Origin: Flavobacteriales bacterium
Lineage (GTDB): Bacteria > Bacteroidota > Bacteroidia > Flavobacteriales_D > Crocinitomicaceae
DNA length: 53,201 nt
Reading direction: 5' to 3'
NCBI GenBank assembly: GCA_003331365.1
Contig: QOQC01000001.1
Location: forward strand, 1 to 53,201
Position numbers and translations under genes: made by a program. The stretch's first letter is position 1. Every line of letters begins with the position of its first letter. This document shows positions 9,624 through 20,262 of this stretch, piece after piece. The notes under the pieces were generated by a model. That model had not been told where the DNA came from, did not search any database, and was given only the letters and a program-made list of their open reading frames with translations.

Positions 9624-11189
9624 ATGAAAAGAAAAATTACCCCATTTGGTGTATTGAAAAGCACCCTTGGAGCAATCGCTTTTTTTGCGGTAAGTTCCAT
9701 TTATGCACAAACCAACGTATTTGATGATGTGATTGCCACAAGTCCAGATCACAACTATTTAGAAGCGGCTTTAGTACAAGAAGGCTTAGACGTAGCACTT
9801 CAAACCTCTCCTGAATTGACAGTCTTCGCTCCAACCGACCAAGCATTTACTGATATTGCAACGGCTTTGGGGACAGACATCAACGGTCTTTTAGAATTAC
9901 CAAACTTGAGTGATATCTTGACTTATCACGTTTTGGGAGCTGTTGTTCCTTCTAGTGCAGTTACCAATGGATTGATTGCAGAACCATTATCTACAACCAA
10001 TACCCTAAAGCTAACTGTCACTGGAAATGGTGAAGTATACGTTAATCAAGCGAAAGTTTCTGCAGTAGATCTAACTACCGATAACGGTGTCGTACACGTA
10101 ATTGATGGAGTTGTTCTTCCAAATGAAACTGTAGTTGATGTAGCTATTGACAACGGATTCAATGCTTTAGCTTCTGCCGTGATATCGTCAGAGTTGATGC
10201 CTGTATTGACTAACCCATTGGCAACATACACCGTATTCGCGCCAACCGATCAAGCATTTCAAAATCTAGCTGACCTAGTCGGTGTTCCACTTAATGCTTT
10301 GTTTGACCCTGCAGTAATTCCAACTGCGAGCTTACAAGCCGTTTTAGGAACTCACGTGTTGGGTGCGATTGTGCCTTCTGCAGACGTTACAAATGGTGCG
10401 ATTGTTGACAACATTGTGGGAATTAATACACTAAAACTTACAGTGAAGAGCTCGGGAGACGTATTTGTCAATCAAGCTCAAGTAACGGCTGTTGACGTAA
10501 ATTCTGACAATGGAGTTGTACACGTAATCAACAGTGTATTGCTTCCAGACGAAACGGTTGTTGATATTGCCATAGATAATGGATTTAGCTCACTAGCAAC
10601 AGCGGTAATAACTGCAGAATTGATGCCTGCATTGACCGATCCATATAATTTATTTACGGTTTTCGCCCCCACAAATGATGCGTTTGACAACCTTGCAGCG
10701 GCTTTAGGAACAGATATTAATGGTTTACTTGCTCTTCCAAACCTTGCAGATATTTTACTCTATCATGTAGTCGGTGGTGCAGTATTGTCTACTGACCTTA
10801 CCAATGGTAACGTGCCAACCTTAAATGGAGCAGACATCACGGTTGATCTTTCAAGTGGTGTAATGATTAACGATGCCATGGTAACCACTGCAGATGTTGA
10901 GGCAGATAATGGTGTGGTACACATTATTGATAAGGTCTTGTTACCTGGTGCTGGAATTTCAGAGCAAAGTATCGACGTCAGTATTTATCCAAACCCAGCA
11001 ACTGAAAAGCTTTATATTGAAAGTTCGGCTGATGTAGATTTTTACATAACTGACTTATCAGGTTCTGTTGTGAAAAGAGGAACAACAGGCATGAATGAAA
11101 TATCTATATCCAATCTGAATAGTGGTGCTTATTTAATCCACACTTCAGGATCTAAAAATGGTCAAGTTTATAGATTTATTAAGCAATAA
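9624..11189 (+). CDS. Fasciclin (3 x FAS1) domain protein with T9SS C-terminal sorting domain
   Basis: Signal peptide. TVFAPT(D/N)xAF occurs three times and DNGVVH(V/I)I occurs three times. The C-terminus SIYPNPATEKLYIES...GAYLIH is a T9SS tail. Confidence 0.9.
   Translation: MKRKITPFGVLKSTLGAIAFFAVSSIYAQTNVFDDVIATSPDHNYLEAALVQEGLDVALQTSPELTVFAPTDQAFTDIATALGTDINGLLELPNLSDILTYHVLGAVVPSSAVTNGLIAEPLSTTNTLKLTVTGNGEVYVNQAKVSAVDLTTDNGVVHVIDGVVLPNETVVDVAIDNGFNALASAVISSELMPVLTNPLATYTVFAPTDQAFQNLADLVGVPLNALFDPAVIPTASLQAVLGTHVLGAIVPSADVTNGAIVDNIVGINTLKLTVKSSGDVFVNQAQVTAVDVNSDNGVVHVINSVLLPDETVVDIAIDNGFSSLATAVITAELMPALTDPYNLFTVFAPTNDAFDNLAAALGTDINGLLALPNLADILLYHVVGGAVLSTDLTNGNVPTLNGADITVDLSSGVMINDAMVTTADVEADNGVVHIIDKVLLPGAGISEQSIDVSIYPNPATEKLYIESSADVDFYITDLSGSVVKRGTTGMNEISISNLNSGAYLIHTSGSKNGQVYRFIKQ
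9717..10967 (+). repeat. Three tandem FAS1 domain-coding units (about 0.41-0.43 kb each) inside the fasciclin CDS
   Basis: The H1 motif threonines fall at residues 66, 203 and 345. Units 2 and 3 are still recognisably similar at the DNA level (for example gttgtacacgtaat, gttgatgcctg(t/c)attgac). Confidence 0.8.
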
Positions 11190-11209
11190 TTTCATAAATA
11201 GATAGCGTT

Positions 11210-11234
11210 AAGGGGGCCTCGGTCCCCTTTTTGT
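11210..11234 (+). terminator. Intrinsic terminator after the fasciclin gene
   Basis: aagggggcc / tc / ggtcccctt hairpin followed by tttttgttgtt. Confidence 0.7.
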
Positions 11235-11278
11235 TGTTATTGACTTTTATAAAGTATCCTTATTTAATAGATGTGCAC

Positions 11279-11286
11279 TATCTTTG
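11279..11286 (+). promoter_or_regulatory. Candidate -7 promoter box (TAnnTTTG) for lysS
   Basis: TATCTTTG lies 19 nt upstream of the ATG at 11306. Confidence 0.4.
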
Positions 11287-11305
11287 CGGACATAAAGTGT
11301 TTATC

Positions 11306-13009
11306 ATGAGTTTACAGGAATTATCAGAACAAGAACTTTTTAGAAGGGAATCCCTAAAAAAGCTGAGAGAGATTGGAATAGAACCCTTTCCAGCTGAATT
11401 ATTTCCCGTTGATACTCTTTCCAATGAAATAAAAGACAAGTACGAAGAAGGTAAAAAGGTTTGTCTAGCTGGCAGAATCATGAGTAAACGCATAATGGGA
11501 AAAGCCTCTTTTGCCGAAATGCAAGATTCCGCTGGAAGAATACAGCTTTATTTTAATCGTGATGAAATATGTCCAGGTGACGATAAATCCATGTATAATG
11601 ATGTCTTTAAAAAGCTATTGGATTTAGGGGATTTTGTCGGCGTAAATGGAACTGTTTTTAAAACACAAGTAGGTGAAACCTCGGTTCACGTTGACAATTT
11701 TACTTTTTTAAGCAAGTCAATACGGCCCCTTCCTTTACCCAAGATAGATGCTGATGGAAATGTGCATGATGCATTTACCGACCCAGAATCCAGATATCGT
11801 CAAAGATATGTTGATTTGGTAGTTAACCCACAGGTAAAAGAGACATTTATAAAGCGTTCAAAAATCATTGCTTCCATGAGGTCTTTTTTAAATTCAAAAG
11901 GCTACCTGGAAGTTGAGACACCAATTTTACAATCTATTCCCGGGGGTGCCGCTGCTCGACCGTTCATCACCCATCATAATGCACTTGATATTCCTTTATA
12001 TCTTAGAATAGCTAACGAACTGTATCTGAAAAGATTAATTGTTGGAGGGTTTGATGGTGTTTATGAATTCGCTAAAGACTTTAGAAATGAAGGAATGGAC
12101 CGAACGCACAATCCCGAGTTCACTCAAATGGAAATTTATGTAGCCTATAAAGACTACATATGGATGATGGAGTTTGTGGAAGATATGCTCGAAAAAATAT
12201 GCTTAGATGTATTGGGCACTACTAATGTAAAGATAGGCCACAATACGGTAAGCTTTAAAAAACCTTTCAAAAGAATCAGCATGATTGATGCCATTGCGGA
12301 ACATACTGGAATCGATATTTCTGAGATGAATGAGAACGAATTGCGTGAAACTTGTAAAAAGCTCAATATTGAAATAGATGAAAGTATGGGCAAAGGAAAG
12401 CTCATAGATGAAATATTCGGAGAAAAGTGTGAGGGGAATTATATACAGCCAACATTCATTACAGATTATCCTGTTGAAATGTCCCCTCTGTGTAAAAAGC
12501 ATAGAAACAATCCTGAGCTTACGGAACGTTTTGAGCTAATGGTAAATGGAAAGGAACTTGCAAACGCCTATTCTGAATTGAATGATCCCATAGACCAAAA
12601 GGAACGCTTTGAAGAGCAAGTGAAATTATCTGAAAAAGGAGACGACGAAGCCATGTTCATTGATATGGATTTTGTCAGGTCTCTCGAATATGGAATGCCT
12701 CCCACTTCAGGAATGGGGATAGGGATTGATCGTCTTTGTATGTTCCTTACAAACAATGCCTCCATACAGGAAGTCTTGTTTTTCCCACAAATGAGACCCG
12801 AAGTAAAAACAGTGAAGCTTGAACTGTCTGAACATGAAAAAACCATTCATGAAAATCTAAAAAAAATGAACAAGTGTGAGCTTAAAGAGCTCCGTGGCTG
12901 TGTGGAGATGAGTAATAAAGCATGGGACAAAGCAATGAAAGGCCTTTCAAAAAAAGGTATTCTGAAAGTGAATAAAGAAGCCGATTTGTTGTTGGTTGCT
13001 TTATTGTAA
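11306..13009 (+). CDS. lysS: Lysine--tRNA ligase (class II) with a C-terminal extension of about 70 aa
   Basis: OB anticodon-binding domain ([18 protein letters not shown]). Class II motifs ([37 protein letters not shown]). I chose the ATG at 11306 because the ORF-track TTG at 11231 sits in the upstream terminator T-tract. Confidence 0.95.
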   Translation: MSLQELSEQELFRRESLKKLREIGIEPFPAELFPVDTLSNEIKDKYEEGKKVCLAGRIMSKRIMGKASFAEMQDSAGRIQLYFNRDEICPGDDKSMYNDVFKKLLDLGDFVGVNGTVFKTQVGETSVHVDNFTFLSKSIRPLPLPKIDADGNVHDAFTDPESRYRQRYVDLVVNPQVKETFIKRSKIIASMRSFLNSKGYLEVETPILQSIPGGAAARPFITHHNALDIPLYLRIANELYLKRLIVGGFDGVYEFAKDFRNEGMDRTHNPEFTQMEIYVAYKDYIWMMEFVEDMLEKICLDVLGTTNVKIGHNTVSFKKPFKRISMIDAIAEHTGIDISEMNENELRETCKKLNIEIDESMGKGKLIDEIFGEKCEGNYIQPTFITDYPVEMSPLCKKHRNNPELTERFELMVNGKELANAYSELNDPIDQKERFEEQVKLSEKGDDEAMFIDMDFVRSLEYGMPPTSGMGIGIDRLCMFLTNNASIQEVLFFPQMRPEVKTVKLELSEHEKTIHENLKKMNKCELKELRGCVEMSNKAWDKAMKGLSKKGILKVNKEADLLLVALL

Positions 13010-13010
13010 G

Positions 13011-14993
13011 CTAAACTCTTTTTGTCTTTAACTTTTTGTAAAAGTAGCTCATCGATAATATGTGAGGTAAGCTGATGCAAGAAATGAAAATAAAGATTTG
13101 GGCAATATTATAATCCCAACCCATTCCTGAATTCAAGAAAAGAACTACAAATAAAACAAAAGCGCCTAGATTAAATGGCAAGGCTGTTTTGAATAAACTC
13201 CAATTGCTTTCTTTGAAAGATGTTCTCAAATGTTTCCATCCACTCCAGCTGTGATGAAAGACAAAATAGATCGCAAATGACATTACCAGGGGCATCCAAT
13301 AGCTTAATGCGAGAAAACAGGTAAGTAAAACCCAAGGTAGTGACCGGTGCAATCTGGCTAATATAAAAGAAACAATAAGTGACCATATGAATAAGCCTAG
13401 CCATGGAAGTTCCGATGGCAGCGCTTGAACATTCAATGTCTTCAAGATTACATTCAATTCAGAAACATGGGAGAAAAATAGAGCTGAAAACATGAGAAGT
13501 CCCCAAAGAAACCCAACGAATCTCGAATTGATTTTCCATTCCTGAATGTCGGTTTCACCAAAGTGCCACGCCGAATATATTATAAATGTCACCAATGCTA
13601 CCGTTGGTGAAATAAGCCAAACCAAATAAGCCATAGACATGACACTTAAATACTTGAATATAAAGGATAGATTTATTTTTTTATTATCAGAAAATAGGCC
13701 TGTTTTATGATCCATTGCCCCGTGAGGTATCCCAACCAAAAATAGACCAATGGCAATTAAAGCATATATACTTAATTCTGCATATTCAGGAAGTATGAAA
13801 TGTAATAATCCATATAACATCAGGGGTGCAAACAGTATAAGTTGAGGCTTCGATTTTTCGATGAATAAATACAATACAGCTTTTAAAAAAGTACCAATTT
13901 GAAGCTTCGAAAACATTCCCATATCATCCTTTAAACTCGAGTTTTCATCTAAAAACCGCAAAATATAGCTCAGGGATTGAGACGAAAAAAGACGATTAAA
14001 AATGGGCTTACCCATTTGGGGCCAAACAGCGAGTATGTATATCAATAGTCGGTCATAAAATTTAAATCTTGATGAGGATTTCTGTTTTAGTATTGACTGC
14101 CCGACTTGTGCCGACAAGGTTTGTGCATGTTTATACATGTTCTTAAAGGCATATCCCGTACTCGGTTTTACCATATGGGCACGTGTTCCAATCGGTATAA
14201 TTCTTTTAGACTGTTGGCACTTTGGCATATCCATAAACATGGGTATTACCCCTCGTTCTACTTCAGCGATATTAAAGCTTCCATAGTTACGGTGGATATA
14301 ATTTTTCAAATCTCTTTGGGCAGCTTCAGTATTGATTTTTTCTTTTCCAAATCTGGTGAGTTCAAATAAGGCCTCACTGTTTGAATATGGGAGTATATAA
14401 ACAAACTGGGTTCCACCATCTTGATTCACATTAAAATCCATTAACGTACAGGTATTTTCATCCAACACAGCATCCTTCAGCTTTACTTTGTACCCTGTAA
14501 AAGATTGCCAGATGTTCTGTTTTTCAGATAAGGGCATTTTAATTTTTGGAGGTCTTGAATCAAAAACCATGTGAGCCTCATAAGTTGTTTTGGAAGTTGT
14601 AATCAATACCAAATTCTTTTCTTCAATTTGAGCAACCTTCTCTCTGCTCATCGTAACATCGTATTGTTTTAAAATCTTTCGCGTTTTGTTGTAGAGCCCT
14701 TCACAACTAATATGGTGATACTTCAATGGATTGATTTCACGCTTCTTCTTTTGGTTAATCATTACTTTTGACCAGCTGTGAGTTATGATCTCCTTGTAGT
14801 CTTCAATGATGTCGTCTGATGGCTTGGCCCAAAAACAAAATGTTTTGTCATTGGTTTTTTTTTCAGAGGGTTCAATGATTAAAATCCGTTTATTTCGGAG
14901 CTCGTTCTTCTTGTGGAGCTCATTGATTAAAATACACGAACTTGCACCAAACCCGGAAAAAACAACATCATATACGTGTTGAGCAGTTTTCAC
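13011..14993 (-). CDS. Fusion protein: lycopene beta-cyclase (CrtY-type, N-terminal ~380 aa) + Brp/Blh beta-carotene 15,15'-dioxygenase (C-terminal ~280 aa, membrane)
   Basis: N-terminal motifs: YDVVFSGFGASSCIL (dinucleotide fold), DKTFCFWA, QSFTGYKV, MDFNVNQDGGTQFVYILPYS, ERGVIPM, PSTGYAF. The C-terminal part is polytopic with the His motifs GIPHGAMDH, SAWHFGETD and FVFHHSWSGWKH. Confidence 0.8.
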   Translation of the reverse strand: MKTAQHVYDVVFSGFGASSCILINELHKKNELRNKRILIIEPSEKKTNDKTFCFWAKPSDDIIEDYKEIITHSWSKVMINQKKKREINPLKYHHISCEGLYNKTRKILKQYDVTMSREKVAQIEEKNLVLITTSKTTYEAHMVFDSRPPKIKMPLSEKQNIWQSFTGYKVKLKDAVLDENTCTLMDFNVNQDGGTQFVYILPYSNSEALFELTRFGKEKINTEAAQRDLKNYIHRNYGSFNIAEVERGVIPMFMDMPKCQQSKRIIPIGTRAHMVKPSTGYAFKNMYKHAQTLSAQVGQSILKQKSSSRFKFYDRLLIYILAVWPQMGKPIFNRLFSSQSLSYILRFLDENSSLKDDMGMFSKLQIGTFLKAVLYLFIEKSKPQLILFAPLMLYGLLHFILPEYAELSIYALIAIGLFLVGIPHGAMDHKTGLFSDNKKINLSFIFKYLSVMSMAYLVWLISPTVALVTFIIYSAWHFGETDIQEWKINSRFVGFLWGLLMFSALFFSHVSELNVILKTLNVQALPSELPWLGLFIWSLIVSFILARLHRSLPWVLLTCFLALSYWMPLVMSFAIYFVFHHSWSGWKHLRTSFKESNWSLFKTALPFNLGAFVLFVVLFLNSGMGWDYNIAQIFIFISCISLPHILSMSYFYKKLKTKRV

Positions 14994-15095
14994 TTTGTAG
15001 TGGTGTTTCTATTAGAACACATAAAAACCTGATTTGTTGACAATTAATTCAATACATAAATTATGTAATCGAGAAAGAGTTATCCCAAGTAATAA

Positions 15096-16484
15096 TCAAT
15101 TCACAATTAGCTTGAGTGTCTCGTTTTGCAAAATCAATTCTTCGGGAAATTCGATTTTTAGAAAATAGGTGCCTTGAGCAACATTAAGATTAATTGGCGC
15201 AAAGCTATTATCGTAAATTTCTTTCGCTAAAATTTCTTTTCCCGCCTGGTCAGATAGTGTAATACTGAATCGACTTATGTGATCATCTGCCATGCGAATA
15301 AAGACCTGTTCACCTTTAGGTGCAGGATTTGGGTAGCAGGACACAACTGATGGCGATTTGGCCTCTTCAAAAAAGGCCCTATCAAACTCAAATAAATACA
15401 AGCCACTTATACGATCTGAAATCAAAACCTGATTATTAAAAGCTCGAGCCTCTACGCCCCATGCGCCCCACATAGAAAACTCATTTCCAGATAGATCTGT
15501 ATGTGTGTCGTAAGCTGCAATTTCATTTGGAGGATTATTTCTTAAATCATAAATTCTTAGACCATCATTATAATAGGCCACATAAGCCAAGTTTCCAAGA
15601 ACCTTGATGTTATGTGCCGTTTTATCATAGGGTGTGTTTTCAGCTCCAAAAAGCTGTTGAACTTGTAGCCCATAGTTCTCTGCAACGGTACACTTTTTAA
15701 TTCTTGTGCCAGGTGTTTCATCTGCAAAAACATAGGTCGATCCATCCTCACTTAAGCTGCCTTGATGGTTGTAACCTTGTTCTTGATAAAATTCAAGATT
15801 GTTCAAATATATTGGGGCTTCAGGAATGGAAAAATCATAAACCCTAATCCCTTGAAAACCACAATTAAGAATACCTACCGATTCTTTAAACTCAAAATCA
15901 TGGACCTCTGAAAGGTCATCAAACCCACTAAATATTATACTTGGAGAAAGTGGGTTTTCAAGTGAATATACCCGAAGCGGAATCATAGATGTTTCCATGC
16001 CATTAACAATTGGGGTTACTAAACACAAATACATCAATGCCCGAGAAGTGTCAATATAAATGTTATGTGCTTTGCCTACCCTTTCGTCTTGAATATCTGC
16101 AGCAAGGTTTACCGCAGTAGGAAGATTAGACAAGTCTATAATTTGAAGTGAAGCGTCACCTTCATCTCCAATAGCGTATAAAAAATCATTGTAATGGGCA
16201 TATTCTCTTGTAATTGCCTGGGAAGAAAGAAAATTTCCTTTGATACTGTCAATGAATGTCAAACTATTGTCGACGGTAATTTCAAAAATGTGAAATCCCT
16301 CTGTTGTGCCAATAACCGCATAATCGTGTCCAGCCTTAGAAAATGAGTAGCAACCGCTGTAACGAACCTGGCTGGAATTTGAAATCAAAGATGAATCAGA
16401 CCAGTGGTCAAGAAGTGTGACATTTTTAATTTGTGCCGATAAAAACAAAGGAAATGCAAAAAGATAAAAGACCAACACCCTCAT
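15096..16484 (-). CDS. LVIVD-repeat / choice-of-anchor-B-like beta-propeller protein with T9SS C-terminal sorting domain
   Basis: 462 aa with a signal peptide and repeated hydrophobic-strand motifs (LYAIGD, MYLCLV, AYVAYY, LYLFEF). The C-terminal tail is CYPNPAPKGEQVFIRM...GTYFLKI. Confidence 0.5.
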   Translation of the reverse strand: MRVLVFYLFAFPLFLSAQIKNVTLLDHWSDSSLISNSSQVRYSGCYSFSKAGHDYAVIGTTEGFHIFEITVDNSLTFIDSIKGNFLSSQAITREYAHYNDFLYAIGDEGDASLQIIDLSNLPTAVNLAADIQDERVGKAHNIYIDTSRALMYLCLVTPIVNGMETSMIPLRVYSLENPLSPSIIFSGFDDLSEVHDFEFKESVGILNCGFQGIRVYDFSIPEAPIYLNNLEFYQEQGYNHQGSLSEDGSTYVFADETPGTRIKKCTVAENYGLQVQQLFGAENTPYDKTAHNIKVLGNLAYVAYYNDGLRIYDLRNNPPNEIAAYDTHTDLSGNEFSMWGAWGVEARAFNNQVLISDRISGLYLFEFDRAFFEEAKSPSVVSCYPNPAPKGEQVFIRMADDHISRFSITLSDQAGKEILAKEIYDNSFAPINLNVAQGTYFLKIEFPEELILQNETLKLIVN

Positions 16485-17014
16485 TTCATGAACTTTTTAC
16501 AAAACTCCCAAAGTATAATTCCGGCACATACACTGACATTTAGACTGTGCTTTGTTCCAAATTGGGGAATTTCTATTACCCGATTTGAATAATTCACTAC
16601 CTCTTGATCCACCCCATTGACCTCATTTCCAAAAATTAATGCCGTAGGGTGTTTTGGCAGGGCGGAAACCTCCTGTAAAAGTGTCGTCTCTTTTGTTTGC
16701 TCAACTACACAAATCTCATACCCATCTTTTTGCAAGTCTTTAATACATGATAGTGTATTTTTATAATGCTCCCATTGCACAGTTTCTGTTGATCCAAGTG
16801 CAGTTTTATGAATATCCCTATGAGGTGGTGGCGCTGTAATTCCACATAGACAAATCTTTTCAATATTAAATGCATCTGCTGTTCTAAAAAAAGAACCAAT
16901 ATTATTGAGGGAACGAATATCATCCAATACCACTACTATTGGAAACTTCTTTTGATCACGATATTCAGCTTCAGTTTTTCTATTTAACTCCCAAAGCTTT
17001 AATTTTTTGTTCAT
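16481..17014 (-). CDS. TrmH/SpoU-family RNA 2'-O-methyltransferase
   Basis: 177 aa. [22 protein letters not shown] and [18 protein letters not shown] are the three SpoU motifs. Confidence 0.85.
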   Translation of the reverse strand: MNKKLKLWELNRKTEAEYRDQKKFPIVVVLDDIRSLNNIGSFFRTADAFNIEKICLCGITAPPPHRDIHKTALGSTETVQWEHYKNTLSCIKDLQKDGYEICVVEQTKETTLLQEVSALPKHPTALIFGNEVNGVDQEVVNYSNRVIEIPQFGTKHSLNVSVCAGIILWEFCKKFMK

Positions 17015-17098
17015 TCTTTTAAAATATCTTTTTCCTATACTTTGATTTCCAAAGGGATGCGATTAACTTTACCTGCAAAATTTAGAAAATCATTTCAC

Positions 17099-19729
17099 TT
17101 GGCGAAATCCACTAAGGAAAAAGGAGCAACAGAAACTCCTTTGATGAGACAATATAATCAAATCAAGGCGAAGCACCCAAAGGCGATGCTGCTTTTTCGT
17201 GTTGGTGATTTTTATGAAACTTTTGGCGAAGATGCTGTCAAGGCATCAAACATCTTAGGTATTATTTTGACAAAAAGAAAAAATGGTGCAGCCGCCCACA
17301 TAGAGCTTGCTGGCTTCCCTCACCATTCGATAAACACCTATTTACCTAAGCTTGTCAGAGCTGGTGAAAGAGTTGCTATCTGCGATCAGCTCGAAGATCC
17401 TAAAATGACCAAAAAAATTGTAAAGCGGGGTGTTACTGAATTGGTAACTCCTGGAGTTTCTTTCAATGATGAGGTGCTGAATCAAAAGGAAAATAACTTT
17501 TTGTGCGCCGTACAACTTAACAAGCAAAATCACGGTATTGCCTTACTTGATGTTTCTACAGGAGAGCTTTTGGTGGCTCAAGGAGATCATGAATATATAA
17601 ATAAACTGATTTCAAATTTCAATCCCAGCGAAATCCTATTCCAAAAAAATAAAGGCAAGGAATTCGAAGGCTTGTTTGGTACGTCTCATTATACCTTTAG
17701 GTTGGATGACTGGGTATTTACCTCGGATTTTGCAGAAGAAATATTAAACAAGCACTTTGGCACTAAATCTTTGAAGGGGTTTGGTGTAGAAGGAATGACA
17801 GAGGCGATTATAGCTGCGGGAGCCGTATTTCATTATCTCGGAGAAAGTGAACATAAAAAACTAGATCACATTACCGGAATATCAAGAATCGAAGAAGACA
17901 AATACGTCTGGTTAGATCGCTTTACCATTAAAAATCTTGAGCTCGTTTCTTCACCGCATGAAAATGCAAGAACGCTTTCTGACATTTTAGACGAAACTCA
18001 AACGGCGATGGGAAGTCGTATGCTTCGGAGATGGATTATGCTTCCTCTTAAAAACAAAAAGCCCATTGAAGACCGAATTGAAGTTGTGGATTTTTTAAAA
18101 TCAAATGAAAAAATTGGCTTCGAATTGTCTCAAAGACTCAAAAATATTGGAGATCTAGAGCGATTAATTTCCAAAGTTGCTGTGGGCAGGGTGAATCCAA
18201 AAGAGGTGGCACACTTGAAAAAAACATTGCTTGAGATTGACCCATTAAAGAAACTACTTGATACCAGTAATCAACCAAAAAGTTTAAGTCATCTGATTGA
18301 GAAACTAGATTGCTGTCCATTATTAATTGAGCTCATTAATAAGTCACTGTGCGAAGAACCTGCAGGCCAAATTGGAAAAGGAGAGGTGATAAAGTCGGGA
18401 TGGAACAAGGAACTTGATGAACTTCGTGAGATTGCTTACCATGGAAAAGATTTTCTTGCCGAGCTTCAACAAAGAGAATCAGAACGTACGGAAATCCCGA
18501 GTCTTAAAATCGCATTTAATAACGTTTTTGGATATTATATAGAGGTAAGGAACACACACAAGGATAAGGTTCCTGAAGAATGGATTAGAAAACAAACCCT
18601 TGTAAATGCAGAAAGATATATCACCGAGGAGCTCAAGGTTTACGAGCAAAAAATATTGGGCGCTGAAGAAAAAATACTGGCACTTGAAACGCGTTTGTTT
18701 CATGAATTGGTATTAGAAATGGTCAATTTCATCACTCCCATTCAATTAAATGCCCAAATTCTCGGTAGACTCGATTGTTTGTTTTCTTTTTCAGTAATTG
18801 CGGATAAGTACAATTACTGTCGCCCCGAAATTAACGAAGGTCATTCTATCGACATCTCAAATGGAAGGCATCCGGTCATAGAACAGTCTCTTGAAATCGG
18901 AGAAAAATACATTTCAAATAACATCCACCTTGATCAAGAGACGCAACAAATCATGATGATTACTGGGCCAAACATGAGCGGTAAAAGTGCATTAATCAGA
19001 CAAACAGCACTCATAGTAATTATGGCACAAATGGGATGTTTTGTACCAGCACAAAACGCAAAAATCGGATTGGTAGATAAGGTTTTCACAAGGGTAGGGG
19101 CATCGGACAATATCTCTTCGGGTGAATCTACTTTTATGGTTGAAATGAACGAAACGGCAAGTATTTTGAATAATATTTCACCAAGAAGTCTCATCTTACT
19201 AGACGAAATCGGTCGTGGAACGAGCACCTATGATGGCATTTCAATAGCCTGGGCTATTGCAGAATACCTGCATGAAAACAAAAAAGCAAAATGCAAAACC
19301 CTTTTTGCAACCCACTACCACGAGTTAAATGAAATGACCCATAAGTTTAACCGAATTAAAAACTTCAATGTCTCCGTGAAGGAGGTAGGGAAGAAAATTC
19401 TTTTTATAAGAAAGCTGGTTGAAGGAGGCAGCGAACACTCTTTCGGTATCCATGTGGCCAAAATGGCAGGGATGCCAGCTCAGGTCGTGAAAAGATCAGA
19501 ACAGATACTCAACGATCTAGAAGCTATGCATTCATCTGTCGGTGGAAAGAAAAACAAAGAAGAAATCAAAACAAGTTTGAACGACTCCATGCAACTAAGC
19601 TTTTTCCAATTGAATGACCCCGTTTTGGAACAAATTCACGAAGAGCTTAAAAATGTTGATATTAACGGACTCACACCGGTTGATGCGCTTTTGAAACTAA
19701 ATGAGATTAAAAAACTATTAGGGAATTGA
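17099..19729 (+). CDS. mutS: DNA mismatch repair protein MutS
   Basis: [20 protein letters not shown], the Walker A motif [20 protein letters not shown] and THYHEL. The start is uncertain. The TTG at 17099 gives MAKSTKEK..., and the alternatives are the ATG at 17057 or the ORF-track TTG at 17042. Confidence 0.93.
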   Translation: MAKSTKEKGATETPLMRQYNQIKAKHPKAMLLFRVGDFYETFGEDAVKASNILGIILTKRKNGAAAHIELAGFPHHSINTYLPKLVRAGERVAICDQLEDPKMTKKIVKRGVTELVTPGVSFNDEVLNQKENNFLCAVQLNKQNHGIALLDVSTGELLVAQGDHEYINKLISNFNPSEILFQKNKGKEFEGLFGTSHYTFRLDDWVFTSDFAEEILNKHFGTKSLKGFGVEGMTEAIIAAGAVFHYLGESEHKKLDHITGISRIEEDKYVWLDRFTIKNLELVSSPHENARTLSDILDETQTAMGSRMLRRWIMLPLKNKKPIEDRIEVVDFLKSNEKIGFELSQRLKNIGDLERLISKVAVGRVNPKEVAHLKKTLLEIDPLKKLLDTSNQPKSLSHLIEKLDCCPLLIELINKSLCEEPAGQIGKGEVIKSGWNKELDELREIAYHGKDFLAELQQRESERTEIPSLKIAFNNVFGYYIEVRNTHKDKVPEEWIRKQTLVNAERYITEELKVYEQKILGAEEKILALETRLFHELVLEMVNFITPIQLNAQILGRLDCLFSFSVIADKYNYCRPEINEGHSIDISNGRHPVIEQSLEIGEKYISNNIHLDQETQQIMMITGPNMSGKSALIRQTALIVIMAQMGCFVPAQNAKIGLVDKVFTRVGASDNISSGESTFMVEMNETASILNNISPRSLILLDEIGRGTSTYDGISIAWAIAEYLHENKKAKCKTLFATHYHELNEMTHKFNRIKNFNVSVKEVGKKILFIRKLVEGGSEHSFGIHVAKMAGMPAQVVKRSEQILNDLEAMHSSVGGKKNKEEIKTSLNDSMQLSFFQLNDPVLEQIHEELKNVDINGLTPVDALLKLNEIKKLLGN

Positions 19730-19730
19730 T

Positions 19731-20195
19731 ATGGAGGTTTCTATGAATAAAATGCGTTGGTTGCTTTTTCTATTGGGGTTCGTGAAAATCCCTATGATTA
19801 GATACACCAAACCCAAACTTTTAATGATTGACGACAATGTTGTTCGGGTTAAAATCAAGCTCAGAAGACGTACCAAAAACCACCTGAACTCTATGTACTT
19901 TGGTGCACTTTCGGTAGGAGCGGATATTGCAGGCGGTATACAGGTATTTTATTTTTCAAAAAAAATGGATCGAAAGGTCTCTTTTGCATTCAAAGGTATG
20001 AATGCACAATTTCTTAAGAGAGCCGAGAGCGATATTGTTTTTGAGAGCACTGAAGGTAAAAAAATTCAAAAGGCCATGCAGAAAAGTCTCGCTGAACGAT
20101 CGCGCGTTAATGATAGTATTATGGTTGAAGCGAAAAATAACCTTGGAGAGGTAGTAGCTACCTTCGAAATGATTGTTTCTGTTCGGGTATCATAA
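19731..20195 (+). CDS. Hotdog-fold protein (DUF4442 / PaaI-like thioesterase family)
   Basis: 154 aa. KNHLNSMYFGALSVGADIAGG resembles the hotdog-fold helix motif. It starts 2 nt after the mutS stop. Confidence 0.5.
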   Translation: MEVSMNKMRWLLFLLGFVKIPMIRYTKPKLLMIDDNVVRVKIKLRRRTKNHLNSMYFGALSVGADIAGGIQVFYFSKKMDRKVSFAFKGMNAQFLKRAESDIVFESTEGKKIQKAMQKSLAERSRVNDSIMVEAKNNLGEVVATFEMIVSVRVS

Positions 20196-20262
20196 AAGTA
20201 TCGTTAATTTAAAGTGATTTTTGAACGTATTTTCTAACTTTGTATTTCTTAAAAATAAAATT

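Noticed and set aside
11231-11305. Upstream extensions in the ORF track for lysS (TTG 11231), panC (TTG 4346), bacilliredoxin (TTG 20221), ACAD (TTG 36435) and mutS (TTG 17042).
   Set aside because: The extensions run through terminator T-tracts or TAnnTTTG promoter boxes. They add non-conserved hydrophobic or basic residues. Internal ATG starts (TTG 17099 for mutS) give N-termini that match the families.
15037-15075. Sigma70-like TTGACA followed by a TA-rich element on the plus strand in the 14994-15095 spacer.
   Set aside because: No plus-strand gene lies downstream, and Bacteroidota housekeeping promoters use a different consensus. It is most likely a chance match.
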